Shown here one piece after another: positions 63,537 through 64,000 of a stretch of 64,000 nt of DNA. Both the position numbers and the translations under genes were made by a program. The stretch is from Parcubacteria bacterium C7867-005 (GTDB lineage Bacteria > Patescibacteriota > Minisyncoccia > Phycocordibacterales > Zambryskibacteraceae), in the NCBI GenBank assembly GCA_001189165.1, contig LFCO01000001.1, positions 10,987 to 74,986 of the forward strand, read 5' to 3'. The notes below the pieces were generated by a model. That model was not told the DNA's origin. It saw only the letters and a program-made list of their open reading frames with translations, and did no database searches. Numbering within the stretch: position 1 is the stretch's first letter; the number at the start of each line of letters is the position of its first letter.

Positions 63537-64000
63537 TGGTTATTTCAAGTGATATACAAGAAAAGTTTATACAATGGGCCAAAACAACTCTTGGGAGTGA
63601 AATTGTTGTGTTGAAAGAACCCCACGGCTATGAGGGTGTTGTTTATGAATTAAAGACAAATACCGAAAATTATTTTTTAAAAATGGGTTCAGGTTTTGCA
63701 AGAGAACGAGCTCGTCTTGGCTGGTTTCAAGATAAGGTACCTGTTCCTAAGGTTGTTGATTTTTTAATTGAAGGAGACAAGGAGGCCATGATTCTCACCG
63801 CTGTTAAAGGAAAGAATCTAAAGGTTTATAGTCAAGAGTGGTCAGTAGAAAAAATGACAGATAAATTAGCTGACGTTCTTCACCAGTTTCATTCAGTCAG
63901 CACGATTGGTTGGCCGTTCGATGCGCCTGATGCGGGTAAGGTACTTGTCCATGGAGATGCTTGCCTGCCCAACTTTATTTTTTCAGAGGACTCATTCTCT
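63537..64000 (+). CDS. aminoglycoside phosphotransferase (APH)-family kinase, partial (runs off window)
   Basis: Manual translation MVISSDIQEKF...VLVHGDACLPNFIF: the HGDxxxxN catalytic loop typical of APH/streptomycin phosphotransferases; no stop before the window end. Confidence 0.55.

Noticed and set aside
1-64000. Alternative genetic code (e.g. UGA=Gly as in some CPR lineages)
   Set aside because: TGA terminates clpB (…SSK-TGA), TAG terminates gyrA, and standard-code translation yields full-length conserved proteins throughout; the single in-frame TAG at 52887 is better explained as a pseudogene or read-through curiosity.
1-64000. CRISPR arrays, integrases, transposases, prophage genes
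   Set aside because: No direct-repeat/spacer periodicity and no recombinase-like ORFs seen on either strand.

Overview
AT-rich (~35-40% GC by eye), gene-dense bacterial window using the standard code (TGA, TAG and TAA all terminate long conserved genes). The gene set (short ValRS, 4-domain S1, 557-aa IF-2, no biosynthesis, many small secreted/2-TM 'pilin-like' paralogs) is typical of Patescibacteria/CPR; this is an inference, not a database result. Housekeeping genes found: valS, tsaD, trxB, ftsZ/ftsA/ftsQ, ybeY, rpsU, rpsA, lepB, pth, gyrA, infB, rbfA, iscS-like, clpB, rpmG, miaA, parB, rel, topA, dprA, serS, dus, dnaX. I identified 14 tRNA genes by hand-folding, plus a tRNA-Ser 3'-end remnant. 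Also present are a MASE1 histidine kinase with a response regulator, a tandem array of six TrbC/VirB2-like pilin paralogs, and a 742-aa surface protein with four ~290-bp tandem Ig-like repeats and a peptidoglycan-binding domain. The most unusual feature is a dozen short GC-rich islands (~55-62% GC by eye) in the AT-rich background, each carrying one or two ORFs that mostly have signal peptides or TM helices. One GC-rich ORF sits between ftsA and ftsZ on the opposite strand. One island (52.65-54.13 kb) holds three tandem promoter / RBS / mini-ORF / terminator units and a frame interrupted by TAG. Other points of interest: a 35-37-bp perfect palindrome present both inside miaA and in an intergenic GC island; a candidate structured ncRNA (~350 nt) upstream of tRNA-Gln; and a low-GC block downstream of tRNA-Gln encoding a HEPN-motif protein, a PnuC-like transporter, a Nudix hydrolase and a nucleoside 2-deoxyribosyltransferase-like protein (possible defence/NAD-nucleotide module). 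No CRISPR arrays, integrases or transposases were seen.
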